Position numbers and translations under genes: made by a program
Notes under the pieces: generated by a model
Told to the model about the DNA's origin: nothing
Seen by the model: the letters and a program-made list of their open reading frames with translations, nothing else
Databases searched by the model: none
Source of the DNA: Eledone cirrhosa
Taxonomy: Eukaryota
Length of the DNA stretch: 64,000 bases
Direction: 5' to 3'
Assembly: GCA_964016885.1 (NCBI GenBank)
Contig: OZ024741.1
Coordinates: forward strand, 327,050,001 to 327,114,000
Shown here: positions 29,886 through 42,713 of the stretch, one piece after another
Position numbering within the stretch: position 1 is the first letter of the stretch
Layout of the letters: each line of letters starts with the position of its first letter

Positions 29886-30735
29886 TTCAATGTTCAAACA
29901 AGATGAAAAAATTGACCAATTTACAGAAAAGGTTGTGCATGGATACTTGAGACGTAAAACACAGACCATAGAGGTGGTAAACCACTCAAAAAGCCTGGCA
30001 TGGAGTTCCGACAAGTTTATGACATCACATCTTGAGGGATATCTCTATGCAATACAATAACAAGAACTCCCTACCAAATACCTGTTGCACAAAAGAGGAG
30101 GGCCATAAGCTAACAATATATGTAGGCTATGTAAAACAAAGATCGAAGATGTAAGCGACATTGTTGCCACCTGTAAAAGAATGTCATCTCGCTACTACCT
30201 TAACATGAGGCACGATGGGATAACTAGAACCATCTGGAAAGCACTTCGGGGAACAAAATTAACAACAAACGAGGAATAATATATTGAGGCAGATGGCACT
30301 AAAGAATACTGGTGGAACCTGAAAATAAAAACTGCCACCAAATTAAAGCACAGCCGGCTTGATATTGTTGTTTGGGACCACACATTGATGTAAACATTGT
30401 CAGAAAAATACAGGAGAAAGAGGACATATAAGGACCATTGATGAGGAGTTTACAAATCCAGTATCCAAGATACACCTTTAGCTTGATACCCATCCTTATT
30501 GGAGCTACGGGCTATATACCAACCCGCTTGGACCAATGTATAACTTAAATTGGATTTAGGACCAAAGAGCGCAGCTCCCTAATTCATAGTCTACAAATGG
30601 CTGCGATAGCTGACAGCTTCAACATTTGCAAAACATTCTTGCGATTCAAGGGATGACAATTTCTTTTCTTTTACAACCTTGCCACCAGGAAGGTGGCCGG
30701 TCAAAAATATACTCGAAATTAAGAGAAAGAGATAA
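29886..30735 (+). mobile_element. 3' fragment of an R4/Dong-like RLE non-LTR retrotransposon, between (CATA)n tracts
   Basis: HGY..S.AW....TSHLEGYLYAIQ*QELPTKY, CRLCK...ED..DIV..C zinc knuckle, RHD, WW..I.T...KH.R.DIVVWD, K..EK, IPILIGATG. Multiple frameshifts. Confidence 0.8.
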
Positions 30736-30778
30736 ACATACATACATACATACATACATACATACATACATACATACA

Positions 30779-30810
<32 letters not shown>

Positions 30811-30811
<1 letters not shown>

Positions 30812-31285
30812 GATGGTTACCCCCCCGTTATCTAGTATGGCAATTGCACGATATACCATTATTATTATTAATTAATGGTTTCTACTTTTGGCACAAGGCC
30901 AGAAATTATCCCAGTGTATTACTGGTACTTTATTTTATCGACCCTGTAAGGATGAAAGGCAAATTTAACCTCGGCGGGATTTGAACTCAGACACTGAATG
31001 GCCGTAGCTCTTTGCTGCAAAGCATGGTGTCCGACCCTCTACCGATACTGCTAATCCACAATGCTACCGTGCAATGCCTGTGCGTTACGATTGTTTTAAA
31101 AGTGAGGAAAGACTGTGCACTGAGCTTATCTCACTCTCAGAGCGACAGTATCTATAACCCGAAAAGATCAACATCATCGGTAACTACTGAGCCGCAGGTT
31201 TTATCTCGGAGATATCCGAGTTTCCTGAGTTGCTTTCTCCTAGAAGAATGCCCTGACAAAGTTTAGGCGTCCTTCACTCCCAGTA
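30811..31285 (-). mobile_element. Short interspersed element with (ATGT)n/(AT)n tail (possibly RTE-related), interrupted by a tRNA-SINE at ~30877-31058; other copies at ~35962-36390 and ~38135-38535
   Basis: Shared blocks ATGG.TGC..CTCGTT.TCGAGTA.GGCCA, GCAATGCCTGTGC, ACTGTGC.CTGAGC..TC.CACTCTC, CAACATCA, and TTCTCCTAG in two of the copies. Confidence 0.6.
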
Positions 31286-31294
31286 GTTTAAACG

Positions 31295-31620
31295 CGCGAT
31301 CGGATATCCAGCCCGATTATTTCTATATCCCCCGCATATACATACAAATTCATACATGTATATTCATATATACATATATACACATGCATACATGTATATA
31401 CATACATACATATATATACACATGCATACATGTATATGTATAATCATGTATGCATGTCTATATATATGTATATATGTATATACATGTATGCATGTGTATA
31501 TATGTATATATGTATATACATGTATGCATGAGTATATATGTATATATGTATATACATGTATGCATGTGTATGTATATGCGGGGGGATATAGAAATAATCG
31601 GGCTGGATATCTGATCGCGT
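31295..31620. repeat. Inverted repeat (~50-bp arms) around a (TA/CA) minisatellite
   Basis: CGCGATCGGATATCCAGCCCGATTATTTCTATATCCCCCGCATATACATAC and its reverse complement at ~31569-31619. Confidence 0.85.
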
Positions 31621-31644
31621 ATATGTATATACTTATATATGCAT

Positions 31645-31684
<40 letters not shown>

Positions 31685-31690
31685 ACATAT

Positions 31691-31749
<59 letters not shown>

Positions 31750-31758
<9 letters not shown>

Positions 31759-32362
31759 TAAAATAACAGATTAAAGTTTAAGCAAAAATCGCTGCTTTCA
31801 CCCTTAACGGGATCTTCTGAAACTAACAAAGTCGATCTGTAAACGCAGAAGTGGATATTTCAAAAAACGCTGCAACTGGAGGAAGACAGTAAGACGATAC
31901 TCTGTAGCGGAGATTCATTCGGTCTCCTAGTTAGAATTTTAGTCTACGACTTCTGCTATACCATTTACCTGGTTTTGTCTTTGCGTGCTATTGTTCTCCA
32001 CGATCCACATATGACGTATTATCTTCGTTTTTTTCGTTCATTGCCAGAGAACCTCTCTATGAACCACCTAAGAGAACATTAGTCTACGACCTCTTTTATA
32101 CCATAAACGTGGTTCTGTCTTTGCGCGTAATTGTTTTTCACCGCTCCTATTAATGACGTATTATATTCGTTTTTTCCCGTTCTTTGCCAGCGAACGTTAC
32201 CACGAACTAAAGTATCGTCTTCCTGTCTTCCTCCGGTTGCAATGTATTTTGAAATATTCACTTCTGGGTTTACACATTGACTTTGTTAGTTTCAGAAGAT
32301 CCCGTTAAGGGTGAAAGCAGCGATTCTTTGCTTAAACTTTAATCTGTTATTTTAATAAATAT
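31750..32362. repeat. Inverted pair of a dispersed repeat also at ~3960-4110 and ~4797-5080
   Basis: TTTATTAAAATAACAGATTAAAGTTTAAGCAAA..ATCGCTGCTTTCACCCTTAACGGGATCTTCTGAAACTAACAAAG and its reverse complement. Confidence 0.85.
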
Positions 32363-32473
32363 TTGCTCTACGGTTCTTATATATTTGATATATATTTATC
32401 CTTATCGAGCCCTCTTTGGATTTTAGTCTTCAAATTTATTATTATTACTATATACATATATAAATATATAAAA

Positions 32474-32664
32474 TAATTGTTCCTACTTTAGGCACAAGGC
32501 CAGCAAATTACCCAGTGCATTACTGGTACTTTATTTTATCGACCCCGTAAGGATGAAAGGCAAAGTTATCCTCGGCGCGAATTGAACTCAGATCGTAAAG
32601 GAACGTAACTCTGATGGAAAGCATGGCGTCCGACCCTCTATCGATACTGCCAATCCACCGCCCA
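32474..32664 (-). mobile_element. tRNA-derived SINE copy
   Basis: Full reverse complement of the consensus ending ..CTGCCAATCCACCGCCC. Confidence 0.85.
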
Positions 32665-33062
32665 TATATATATAAAATAATGTACGTCTATAGAAACATT
32701 TGATAAAATATATACATCATCTCCTCTCCCACTCAGTATAATAAACCACACAAAAAAACAATTACACCAGGCTATAAGATTAAAAAGCACCTATGAAGAA
32801 ATAATAGATAAATAAACGACAGCCATGTATTCGCGATCAACAGCTATAGAATATTTACCCACCATTTCAATAGCACGGGGAAATCGATTAAATATATCGT
32901 CAACCATACACAATTAGGTATAAAATCAAAGCTAGAAGGAAAAAATATATATATATATATATTGCTCTACGGTTCTTATATATTTGATATATATTTTCCT
33001 TATCGAGCCCTCCTTGGATTTTAGTCTTCAATTTTATTATTATTATTATATATATACATATA

Positions 33063-34345
33063 TCTAAAAGCGCTCATATATTCACCTAGCTTATGCTAAA
33101 CAGAATCATTTTTGAAGCTTGTTTCTTCCCCCTACGGTTAGCTATACTCTTTGTTGTTCTCCTGTCTCACTCGCTTTACGCGTTTCAATTGTCCTAATAA
33201 CTTATTTTGGTTATTATTGCACCGACGTGAGGTATATGATTTTTAATACAATGAAATATCTATGATCTTCGGCAAATCACTGATGAGGGACTCATTTTAT
33301 TACATGTTATCCATGTGCTACCTGCAGTATTTTTCTCTATATTTTATTACATATATTTACCACTGCGATTCTGTGTTTTTTTCTCTCTCTCTCTTACTGT
33401 TCCCCATTCTCTCTGTTTCTCCCCCTCTGTCATGTCAGTTAACTCTTCCTCACACTTTCACTCACTCACTGTTTCTCTTCTCTTCATTTCATCCTGTACA
33501 CCACGAGGGCTATTTTTCTCTCTTCTCACATAGCCATCGCTCGTGTCGGGTCTGTTCTAAAAGCACTCATATATTCACCTAGCTTATGCTAAACAGAATA
33601 ATTTTTGAAGCTTGTTTCTTCCCCTACGGTTAGCTATACTCTTTGTTGTTCTCCTGTCTCACTCGCTTTACGCGTTTCAATTGTCCTAATAACTTATTTT
33701 GGTTATTATTGCACCGACGTGAGGTATATGATTTTTAATGCAATGAAATATCTATGATCTTCGGCAAATCACTGATGAGGGACTCATTTTATTACATGTT
33801 ATCCATGTGCTACCTGCAGTATGTTTCTCTATATTTTATTACATATATTTACCACTGCGATTCTGTGTTTTTTCTCTCACTCTCTTACGGTTCCCCCATT
33901 CTCTCTGTTTCTCCCCCTCTGTCATGTCAGTTAACTCTTCATCACATTGTCACTCACTCACTGTTTCTCTTCTCTTCATTTCATCCTGTACACCACGAGG
34001 GCTATTTTTCTATCTTCTCACAATAGCCATCGCTCGTGTCGGGTCTGTTCTAAAAGCGCTCATATATTCACCTAGCTTATGCTAAACAGAATAATTTTTG
34101 AAGCTTGTTTCTTCCCCCTACTGTTAGCTATACTCTTTGTTGTTCTCCTGTCTCACTCGCTTTACGCGTTTCAATTGTCCTAATAACTTATTTTGGTTAT
34201 TATTGCACCGACGTGAGGTATATGATATATTTTAATATATATTTTAATGCAATGAAATATCTATGATCTTCGGCAAATCACTGATGAGGGACTCATTTTA
34301 TTACATGTTATCGATGTGCTACCTGCAGTATTTTTCTCTATATTT

Positions 34346-34350
<5 letters not shown>
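33063..34350. repeat. Tandem repeat, ~492-bp unit, about 2.6 copies, flanked by (TA)n
   Basis: TCTAAAAGC.CTCATATATTCACCTAGC at 33063, 33556 and 34049. The ORF track repeats at 33262, 33754 and 34263. Confidence 0.95.
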
Positions 34351-34373
<23 letters not shown>

Positions 34374-34380
<7 letters not shown>

Positions 34381-34535
34381 TTTACATATATATATATATA
34401 TACATACATATACATATACGTGTTTTGCAACTGGTCACTTTGTGGCTCAATTAAAAATTAACTTTTCATTGAGCCACAAAGGGACCAGTTGCAAAACACG
34501 TATATGTATGTATGTATATATATTTAAACTTTTAT
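34374..34535. repeat. Short fold-back
   Basis: CGTGTTTTGCAACTGGTC.CTTTGTGGCTCAAT.AAAA is mirrored by TTTT.ATTGAGCCACAAAG.GACCAGTTGCAAAACACG. Confidence 0.85.
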
Positions 34536-34711
34536 ATGTAATAATCTCCCATTAGGTTGAGATACAAATTCGGCTGTATTGTGCTGTGCTTTCTAGCAAA
34601 AAATGCCATCAGTCGTAAGCAACTACCACACCCCTTCCAACCTGACCGCGACTACGTCACGATTTTTAGCCATTATATATATATATATATATACATATGC
34701 ATATATACAAA

Positions 34712-34796
<85 letters not shown>

Positions 34797-35232
34797 TTAC
34801 ACGTCTCTGGATGGCCGTTGACTATTATGAGTTCTTCCGCCCTTTGTCATACATACATAGATGCATACAAAGATACATACATCAAATTCTCACATACAGG
34901 AGCTCTGAAATTAGATACTAAGAAAAATATGAAATATTATGAAATAAACAGAAGCCTTTTGAAATGTGGTCATACATATGATATCTGAGAATATCTTGAA
35001 CCGAACGCAAGACTAATTAAAAGTATTAAAAAAGGCGGAAACTAAGAAAAAATATGATTTGAAACCAGTGACATGAGGGATCTAAAATATTTCTGACATT
35101 TAATTAGTGAAAATGGTCTAGACTGTCAATCAATAAAAAATGAAAAAAAAATCAAAAAAGTAGAAAAGAAAGTTACATATTATTAAGAATTAGACTGACT
35201 GAATATACATTGAACACACACACACACACACA

Positions 35233-35269
<37 letters not shown>

Positions 35270-35275
<6 letters not shown>

Positions 35276-35604
35276 AAGAAAGAAGAGTAACATGGTTGGC
35301 TGTACAATAAGGGCTTTATTTAAAGTACTGACAATTGTTTCGTTGATCAGGTGTGTCTAGAGTTCGCTAATCTCTTGAGGTTGCGTCAATCGATCTCCAA
35401 TACATTGTTTACCACTTGTCAACACATCACATATCTTCATACTCTTATGTGATGACTAGTGGTATACAATGTATTAGAGATTGAGTGGCGCAACCTCAAG
35501 CGATTAGCCAACTCTAGACACACTTGATCAACGAAACAATTGTCAGTACTTTAAATAAAGCCCTTACTGTACAGCCAACCGTGTTACTCTTCTTTCTTAA
35601 ACTA
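35270..35604. repeat. Diverged fold-back carrying the 3' half of a hammerhead
   Basis: Arms ~155 bp. The right arm contains CGAAA-CAATTG-TC-AGTAC; no 5' core was found. Confidence 0.8.
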
Positions 35605-35795
35605 TTATTACTCCAAGTATAACCAGCATAGAAATTACTGCGATCTCGCTTCATAACTATGGAAACATCTTGTTTAGTCAAACAAAGCCGTACGTTAAAA
35701 TTATTCACGACGCGGAGTACCCATAACCTCTAACTGGATCAGCTATGGGATAACTTGTTATCCCATATATATATATATATATATGTATAATGGAA

Positions 35796-35898
<103 letters not shown>

Positions 35899-36070
35899 AC
35901 GTACAAAGACAGACACACGCACACACACAAACACACACACACACACACGCACATATATATATGATGGCTGCTCCCTCGTTATCGAGTATGGCCATCGCAC
36001 GATATACCATTATTAATAATTATTAATTAATTTTATCTATTAATTAATTAATTTTATCTATTAATATATA

Positions 36071-36262
36071 AGGGCGGTGGATTGGCAGTGTCGGTAGAGA
36101 GTCGGACACCATGCTTTGAAGCATAGAGTTACGTCTCTTTATGATCTGAGTTCAAATCCCGCCGAGGTTCACTTTACCTTTCGTCATTACGAGTCGATAA
36201 AATAAAGTACCAGTAATGTACTAGATAATTGCTGGCCTTGTGCCAAAAGTAGAAACAATTAA
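36071..36262 (+). mobile_element. tRNA-derived SINE copy
   Basis: Full consensus with A-box TGGCAGTGTCGG and B-box GAGTTCAAATCC. Confidence 0.9.
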
Positions 36263-36389
36263 TTAATGTTATCGTGCAATGCCTGTGCGTGAAGCTATTT
36301 TTTAAAGTGAGGCAAGACTGTGCGCTGAGCCAATCCACTCTCTGAGCGACAGTAGCTATAACCCGAAAAGAAGAAAAGATCAACATCAC

Positions 36390-36800
36390 CGGTTGGTGGT
36401 GGTGGTTGTGTTAGGCTTATTATTGTTGTTTGTGTGGTTGTTGTTACTATTATTGTTTCTCCTGCTGCTGCAATTGTTAGTGTTAGTATGTTTCATGCTG
36501 CTGTTGTTTGTCACGGTGCTGTTGTTGTTGTTAATGTCGTTGTTGTTGGTGGTGTTGGATTATTATTGTTACTTTTATTGTTGGTTTTGGTACACTTGTT
36601 GTTGTTATTGTAGGTGGTAATAGTGTTGGCGGTGCTGTTGTTGTTGTTGATGTCGTTGTTGTTGGTGGTGGTGCGGACTTATTATTGTTGTTAGTGATGT
36701 TGTTGTTACTGTTATTGTTGTGATGATACTCTTGTGTTGTTGTGGGTGGTAGTAGTGTTGACTGTGATGCTGGTGGTATTCTACTTGTTGTTGTGCTCGT
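36390..36800. repeat. Degenerate (GTT/GGT)n low-complexity tract; another at ~37615-37910
   Basis: Direct reading. Confidence 0.9.
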
Positions 36801-36859
36801 GGATATAACATGTTTTCGCAAATGACGTTGGGATGAAATTGCAGAATTTCTTAATGTAA

Positions 36860-37220
36860 CTAGCAGAAAACCCACCTTCGGGGGGTTTTCTGCTAGCATG
36901 TGTAGTGTGTATATTGATATTATACGCAGGTATATATACATCTAGATATGATACATAAAATAAAATCGTAATTGACAATATGCACAGAAATTGAACGAAG
37001 ACTGTCTTATGTAATCAGTAACGTAATCCATGATACATAAAAAAAGACGATATTATATATAAACTGCATTAGGAGAAAATTAGTGACAGAAATATATACT
37101 CATAATAGTTATATACTCATACATATAGATCTATGCATGTGCACAATCATACGCGTCAGGTGTAGAAAATCATAATCTCTCTATCTCTTTCATCACACAC
37201 TCTCTCTTTCTATATATATG
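36860..37220 (-). mobile_element. 3' part of a Helitron-like element (same family as 8395-9595)
   Basis: CTAGCAGAAAACCC..GGGTTTTCTGCTAGCA..TAGTGT.TATA.TGATATT is the reverse complement of 9535-9595. Inner boundary is approximate. Confidence 0.55.
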
Positions 37221-37351
37221 TTCGTTGAAGTGGCAGTGGTGATGGCGACGATATACCGGAAATGCAACTTTGAAAAGAAGTCAATTTTAAATTATTTATT
37301 TTTACGAAATTATTTTTGTTTACGAAATTGAGTAGATAAATTATTTAATTT

Positions 37352-37501
37352 TTTCTACTATTGGCACAAGGCCAGCAATTACCAGTACATTACTGGTACT
37401 TTATTTTATCGACCCCGTAAGGATGAAAGGCAAAGTTAACCTTGGCGGAATTTGAACTCATAATGGCAAGGGCCGTAACTCTATGCGTCAAAGCATGGCG
37501 T
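37352..37501 (-). mobile_element. tRNA-derived SINE copy (5' truncated)
   Basis: Matches the SINE consensus. Confidence 0.8.
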
Positions 37502-38735
37502 CAAATTATTTAATATTCATTCATTATTTATTCAAAGTAATCCAACTTATTTTACAAACGGGATAAAAAAAAATGTATGCAATCCCGCAGACCTTCCTTT
37601 ATTATAGTTTAGATTGCTGTGTTGTGGTTGTTGAAGTACTTGCTGTAATTGTTGTTGTTGTTACTACTGGGGTTATTGTTATTGCTATTGAAGGTGTTGC
37701 TGTTGTTATTGTTGTTGTTTTGTTACTTTTGTAATTCTTGCTGTTGTTGCTCACCCTGCTGTCGTTGTAGTAAGTGTTGTTGCCGTTGTTGTTTTTGCTG
37801 TTGCTGTTTTTGTTCTTGTAGTATTTGTTATTGCTGCAGTTGCCGTTGTTGCTGTAGTTGTCTTTGTTGCTGTTGTTGCTCTTGTTGTATGTGTTGCTGT
37901 TGTTGTTATGGCTCTAGCTACTGTTCAGCTTTACGATATTTCGCAGCCGTTTATTAATATTATCTAGCGCTATCTATGACTGTGTTGCACAGAACGATAT
38001 AAACCCATCATTACTTGGCTTTTAGAAGGTTAAGCTGCTTAACTGGACATGCCGGATATTGAGCTCTTGGATGTTATACAGCAAACCTACATTTGGCTTT
38101 ATATACATACATACATACATACATACATACATACATGGTGGCTGCCAACTCGTTTTCGAGTACGGCCACTACTTTATATCCATGTAGGAGAACCCCTACC
38201 GATGCGCTGAACGAGTGTGACTTTTTAGTTCAGCCTGCGACCTGAAAACTCTGGTACAAACACTACACTTCTGACAATTATTGACACTTAGTGCTTTGTC
38301 TTTGGTACTATGTGACGACAAGTGCAGAGAGATCTCCAGATATAAAGCAATGCCTGTGCTGTGAAGCTTTTATAGTGAGCAGAGGCACTGCACAAAGCCA
38401 GTCCCACTCTCTTAACCAAGATGATATTTACCAAAAAGTAGACCAAGTCAACATCATTGGATACCATCAGGGTTGCAGGTGTTATATCAGAGTTTTCCTT
38501 CTCCTAGAATTCTGCCTTGACAAAGGCTAAGGGGTCATCTCTCCCAGTGATTTTGGATGGCCATTGACTCGTATCCCAGTACAACCTGTCTCATGGTCGG
38601 GTCGTTGGCGACTAAACTGGCAACCCCACCAAGGTTTCTTGGTGAGGAGGGTGACTTTGGACATCCTGCAGGACTAAAAACAAAACCTGTCAAAGAACAT
38701 ACATACATACATACATACATACATACATACATACA

Positions 38736-38794
<59 letters not shown>

Positions 38795-38795
38795 A

Positions 38796-39183
<388 letters not shown>

Positions 39184-39299
39184 GCAGCTATATAAATATA
39201 TATATATAATCTAGGTAATAATAAATATTACCCGATTACAAATATGAAAATAGCTCAATGTAAAATAACAAGTATATTACAAAGCCGAAATACAATGTA

Positions 39300-40880
39300 A
39301 ATGACAATCAAAGAGTGTTTAAAACATTTAATCATTTATGATCCTTTTATCCTAGGACAAGGCCGGAATCATGGCAGTATATAATAAAGGTCAAACACAA
39401 TATAGTATCAAAACTTTGTCTCAATGACATTAGGAGTATACATAATATGAGAGGTTAGATAAGTATAATTATTTATGTAACAGAAGCAGAAAAAGCATAT
39501 GAATAAGAGCATATAAATGCAATGAAAATTATGAGCAGATAAAAGCATTAAAATAAAAAATAAAAAAGTAAGATACATGCTGCTACAGAAAAGTTAAGCA
39601 CAATGAAATCTTTAGTATTCAAAAACAGTTAATGTGAAGGCATGCCATTCAAATATGAATTCAAAAATATAAATTTAAATATACATCTCCAAAAAATATT
39701 TTCAATAATGCATTTAAAAAGATTCGACTACGTAATTCAGTCATGATAATAAATATTATTCAGCCCATCCAAAGGAGTAAATAGAATAATCAAAGTAAAA
39801 AATCAAATATAGATTGAAATGTTATCAAGACATATCATCCCAAAATACCACATATTTGAATAGAAGGAACAAAGTCATTTACCATTAAGCGTACAGAGCA
39901 TCCATTTTAACAGGGAATTAAAAAAGAATTATCCTTAAAAAACGGTTAAGACGAAATAAAGGGCATGTAATTCATGTAAGACATTCTATATATCAGAGAG
40001 TGCTACATAATAATTAATAAGAAAAATATAAATATTTATTATGTAAAGATGCATCGACTAAAAAAGAAATTAACGCTAATGATTATAGAACTAAAGAATA
40101 TTAAAAATAATAAGTTTACAAAATACAGATAAGAAATTATCTATGTACACTAAAAAGTTATGTATTATCAAAAACATTTATCATATGTATTTAAAATGTT
40201 ACGCAATATTAAAAGATAAATAATTATACTAGTTAATTATACAAGCATTGAAAAGATACTACTAAATAAAAATAAAGTGTGAGGCAATGGTTGTTATATA
40301 TGATGCTAGCAAACATTTAGGCAACTCAGTATTGCTTTGTTTCCAAACAAGCCCCATTTATATTTATGTTTGCATTATTAGAAATATTGCTGGCCTTGTG
40401 CCAAAAGTAGAAACAATTATTAGAAATATTTTTGGGGGTTTATATTTAAATTTATATTTTTGAACTTATATTTGAATAGCATGCCTACTCTTATTAAATT
40501 TATTACATTTTTTAACTACTTAAGATATATGTTTTTCACTGTACTTAACTTTTCTGTAGCAGCATCTCTTACAGTTTTTCTGTAACAGCATGTTTTTTTT
40601 TATTTTATTTTTAATGCTTTTATCTGCGCATAATTTTTATTGCATTTATAGGCTGGTATTCATATGCTTCTTCTGCCTCTGTTATCCTAAACACATACAT
40701 ACTTATACTTATCTAGCCTCCCATATTATGTATCCTCCTAATGTTCTTGTTACAAAGTATTGATATTACATATGTATTTGACTTTTGTTATCTACTCCGA
40801 TGAAATCTGACCTTGTCCTAGAATGAAAAGATCGTAAGGGAATAAATGTTTTAAGCACGTTTTGATTGTCATTTACATTA
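39300..40880. repeat. Old inverted pair (arms ~39300-39685 and ~40440-40878)
   Basis: TGTAAATGACAATCAAA..CTAGGACAAGG..ACATAATATG.GAGG.TAGATAAGTATAA..CATGCTG.TACAGAAAA is mirrored on the other side. Confidence 0.75.
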
Positions 40881-40902
40881 TATATATATATATATATATA
40901 AT

Positions 40903-41070
<168 letters not shown>

Positions 41071-41420
41071 TACATATATATATATACATATATATATATA
41101 TACAATATATTAACAAATGGAAACTATATCTAGTATCTCCACTATCCAGGAAGCTCAAACCGTTGAGGTTGTCTTTTTTTCAAGGTATGTCAATATTTAT
41201 TTATAAAACTAATTCTGTATTGTATTTTATCTGATGTAAGCGAACCATAATTTGCCTTGGTGGTCCGTGAAATATGTATAATAAAATAAATATGATTTTA
41301 TAAATATAGTTTCCAATTGTTAATATAGTGCATATTTACACCACTAAACTGTTGAGTGCTTTATATCAGTTATAAAAAATGTTTAAGCTTGTTGAATCCC
41401 AACAAATTAAATATAACCTC

Positions 41421-41488
<68 letters not shown>

Positions 41489-41498
41489 AACCAGTAAG

Positions 41499-41592
41499 AC
41501 CCCGACAGCTGAGCTCAAGCCGTTTCGACGGCTAATTCTGGACTAAATGAAAATTTATCCTGGTATTTAAATAGCCGATCTTCTCAAGGGGT
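41499..41592 (-). ncRNA. Type I hammerhead HH-D (U3-A8 core), left arm
   Basis: Reverse complement of 42494-42587. Confidence 0.75.
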
Positions 41593-42493
41593 AATTCCAT
41601 ATATGGTCAAAGTGATTGTGAAAAATCAGTAGTAATTCTGTGCTTGCAAATTAGTAGGGGAGATGGTGGCTAAACCTGCCAGTAGGAGAAAGAGGGGAGG
41701 GGGTGGAGTAGACCAAATCAAGCGTTGGTAGTGCCAGCTACAGCTGGGCATGAGGTCAAAGAAGATACAGGGGAGGGAGAGGGGGAGGAAGTCGGAACGG
41801 TAGGTAGAACAATGGGGGGTAGAAATAGGAAAGAAAAAATACTGAGAGTGAAGAAAAGCAAATAAGTGTAAAGAAAAAAGTAAAGTAAATTAAATTCAAC
41901 GACCTAGGTGTCAGGCTATTGTTAGGCGAGAATAAAATAAAGAAAGAAAGAAAGAAGTAAATAAATAAATAAATAAATAAATAAGGAAATAAGTAAGAGA
42001 ACTAGGTGGGGCGGATAAGGCAAGGACCCTTATGGCGGATAAGGCAAGGACCCTAAGGGTCCTTGCCTTATCCGCCCCACCTAGTTCTCTTACTTATTTC
42101 CTTATTTATTTATTTATTTATTTATTTACTTCTTTCTTTCTTTCTTTATTTTATTCTCGCCTAACAATAGCCTGACACCTAGGTCGTTGAATTTAATTTA
42201 CTTTACTTTTTTCTTTACACTTATTTGCTTTTCTTCACTCTCAGTATTTTTTCTTTCCTATTTCTACCCCCCATTGTTCTACCTACCGTTCCGACTTCCT
42301 CCCCCTCTCCCTCCCCTGTATCTTCTTTGACCTCATGCCCAGCTGTAGCTGGCACTACCAACGCTTGATTGGGTCTACTCCACCCCCTCCCCTCTTTCTC
42401 CTACTGGCAGGTTTAGCCACCATCTCCCCTACTAATTTGCAAGCACAGAATTACTACTGATTTTTCACAATCACTTTGACCATATATGGAATT

Positions 42494-42587
42494 ACCCCTT
42501 GAGAAGATCGGCTATTTAAATACCAGGATAAATTTTCATTTAGTCCAGAATTAGCCGTCGAAACGGCTTGAGCTCAGCTGTCGGGGT
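42494..42587 (+). ncRNA. Type I hammerhead HH-D (U3-A8 core), right arm
   Basis: ACCCC-TTGAGAA-GAtCGGCTA...TAGCCGTC-GAAA-CGGC tTGAGCTCA GCTG-TC-GGGGT. Three stems, GUC site, palindromic loop III. Confidence 0.8.
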
Positions 42588-42679
42588 CTTACTGGTTCCT
42601 ATTACCCACTCTACTACCTCAAGTATTGAGTACTTTGGTGCGTTATGGTCCACCTGGTTCCTTACCACATTTCCTTCGT

Positions 42680-42713
<34 letters not shown>

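Larger units (their letters stand above)
41484..42681. repeat. Large fold-back (arms ~545 bp, nearly identical) with a hammerhead in each arm (family HH-D)
   Basis: Symmetry centre at ~42055 (GGACCCT A AGGGTCC) with a ~24-bp duplication beside it. Both ends abut (TA)n. Confidence 0.95.

Noticed and set aside
32285-32325. CAGAAGA..GAAA hammerhead-like word (also ~4047-4080, and CTGAAGA..GAAA at ~11239-11280)
   Set aside because: Core or stems do not fit, and no convincing stem I or cleavage triplet is present.
33262-34454. Repeated hydrophobic ORFs and a possible hammerhead
   Set aside because: The ORFs come from pyrimidine-rich repeat units. CTGATGA (+) and GAAACGCGTA (-) are on opposite strands and stem II does not pair.
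37649-37957. Cys-rich, metallothionein-like ORF with an apparent Leu signal peptide
   Set aside because: Arises from a degenerate (TGT/TGC/GTT)n tract and starts at TTG. The same applies to the Thr/Gln-rich ORFs at 36393-36941.
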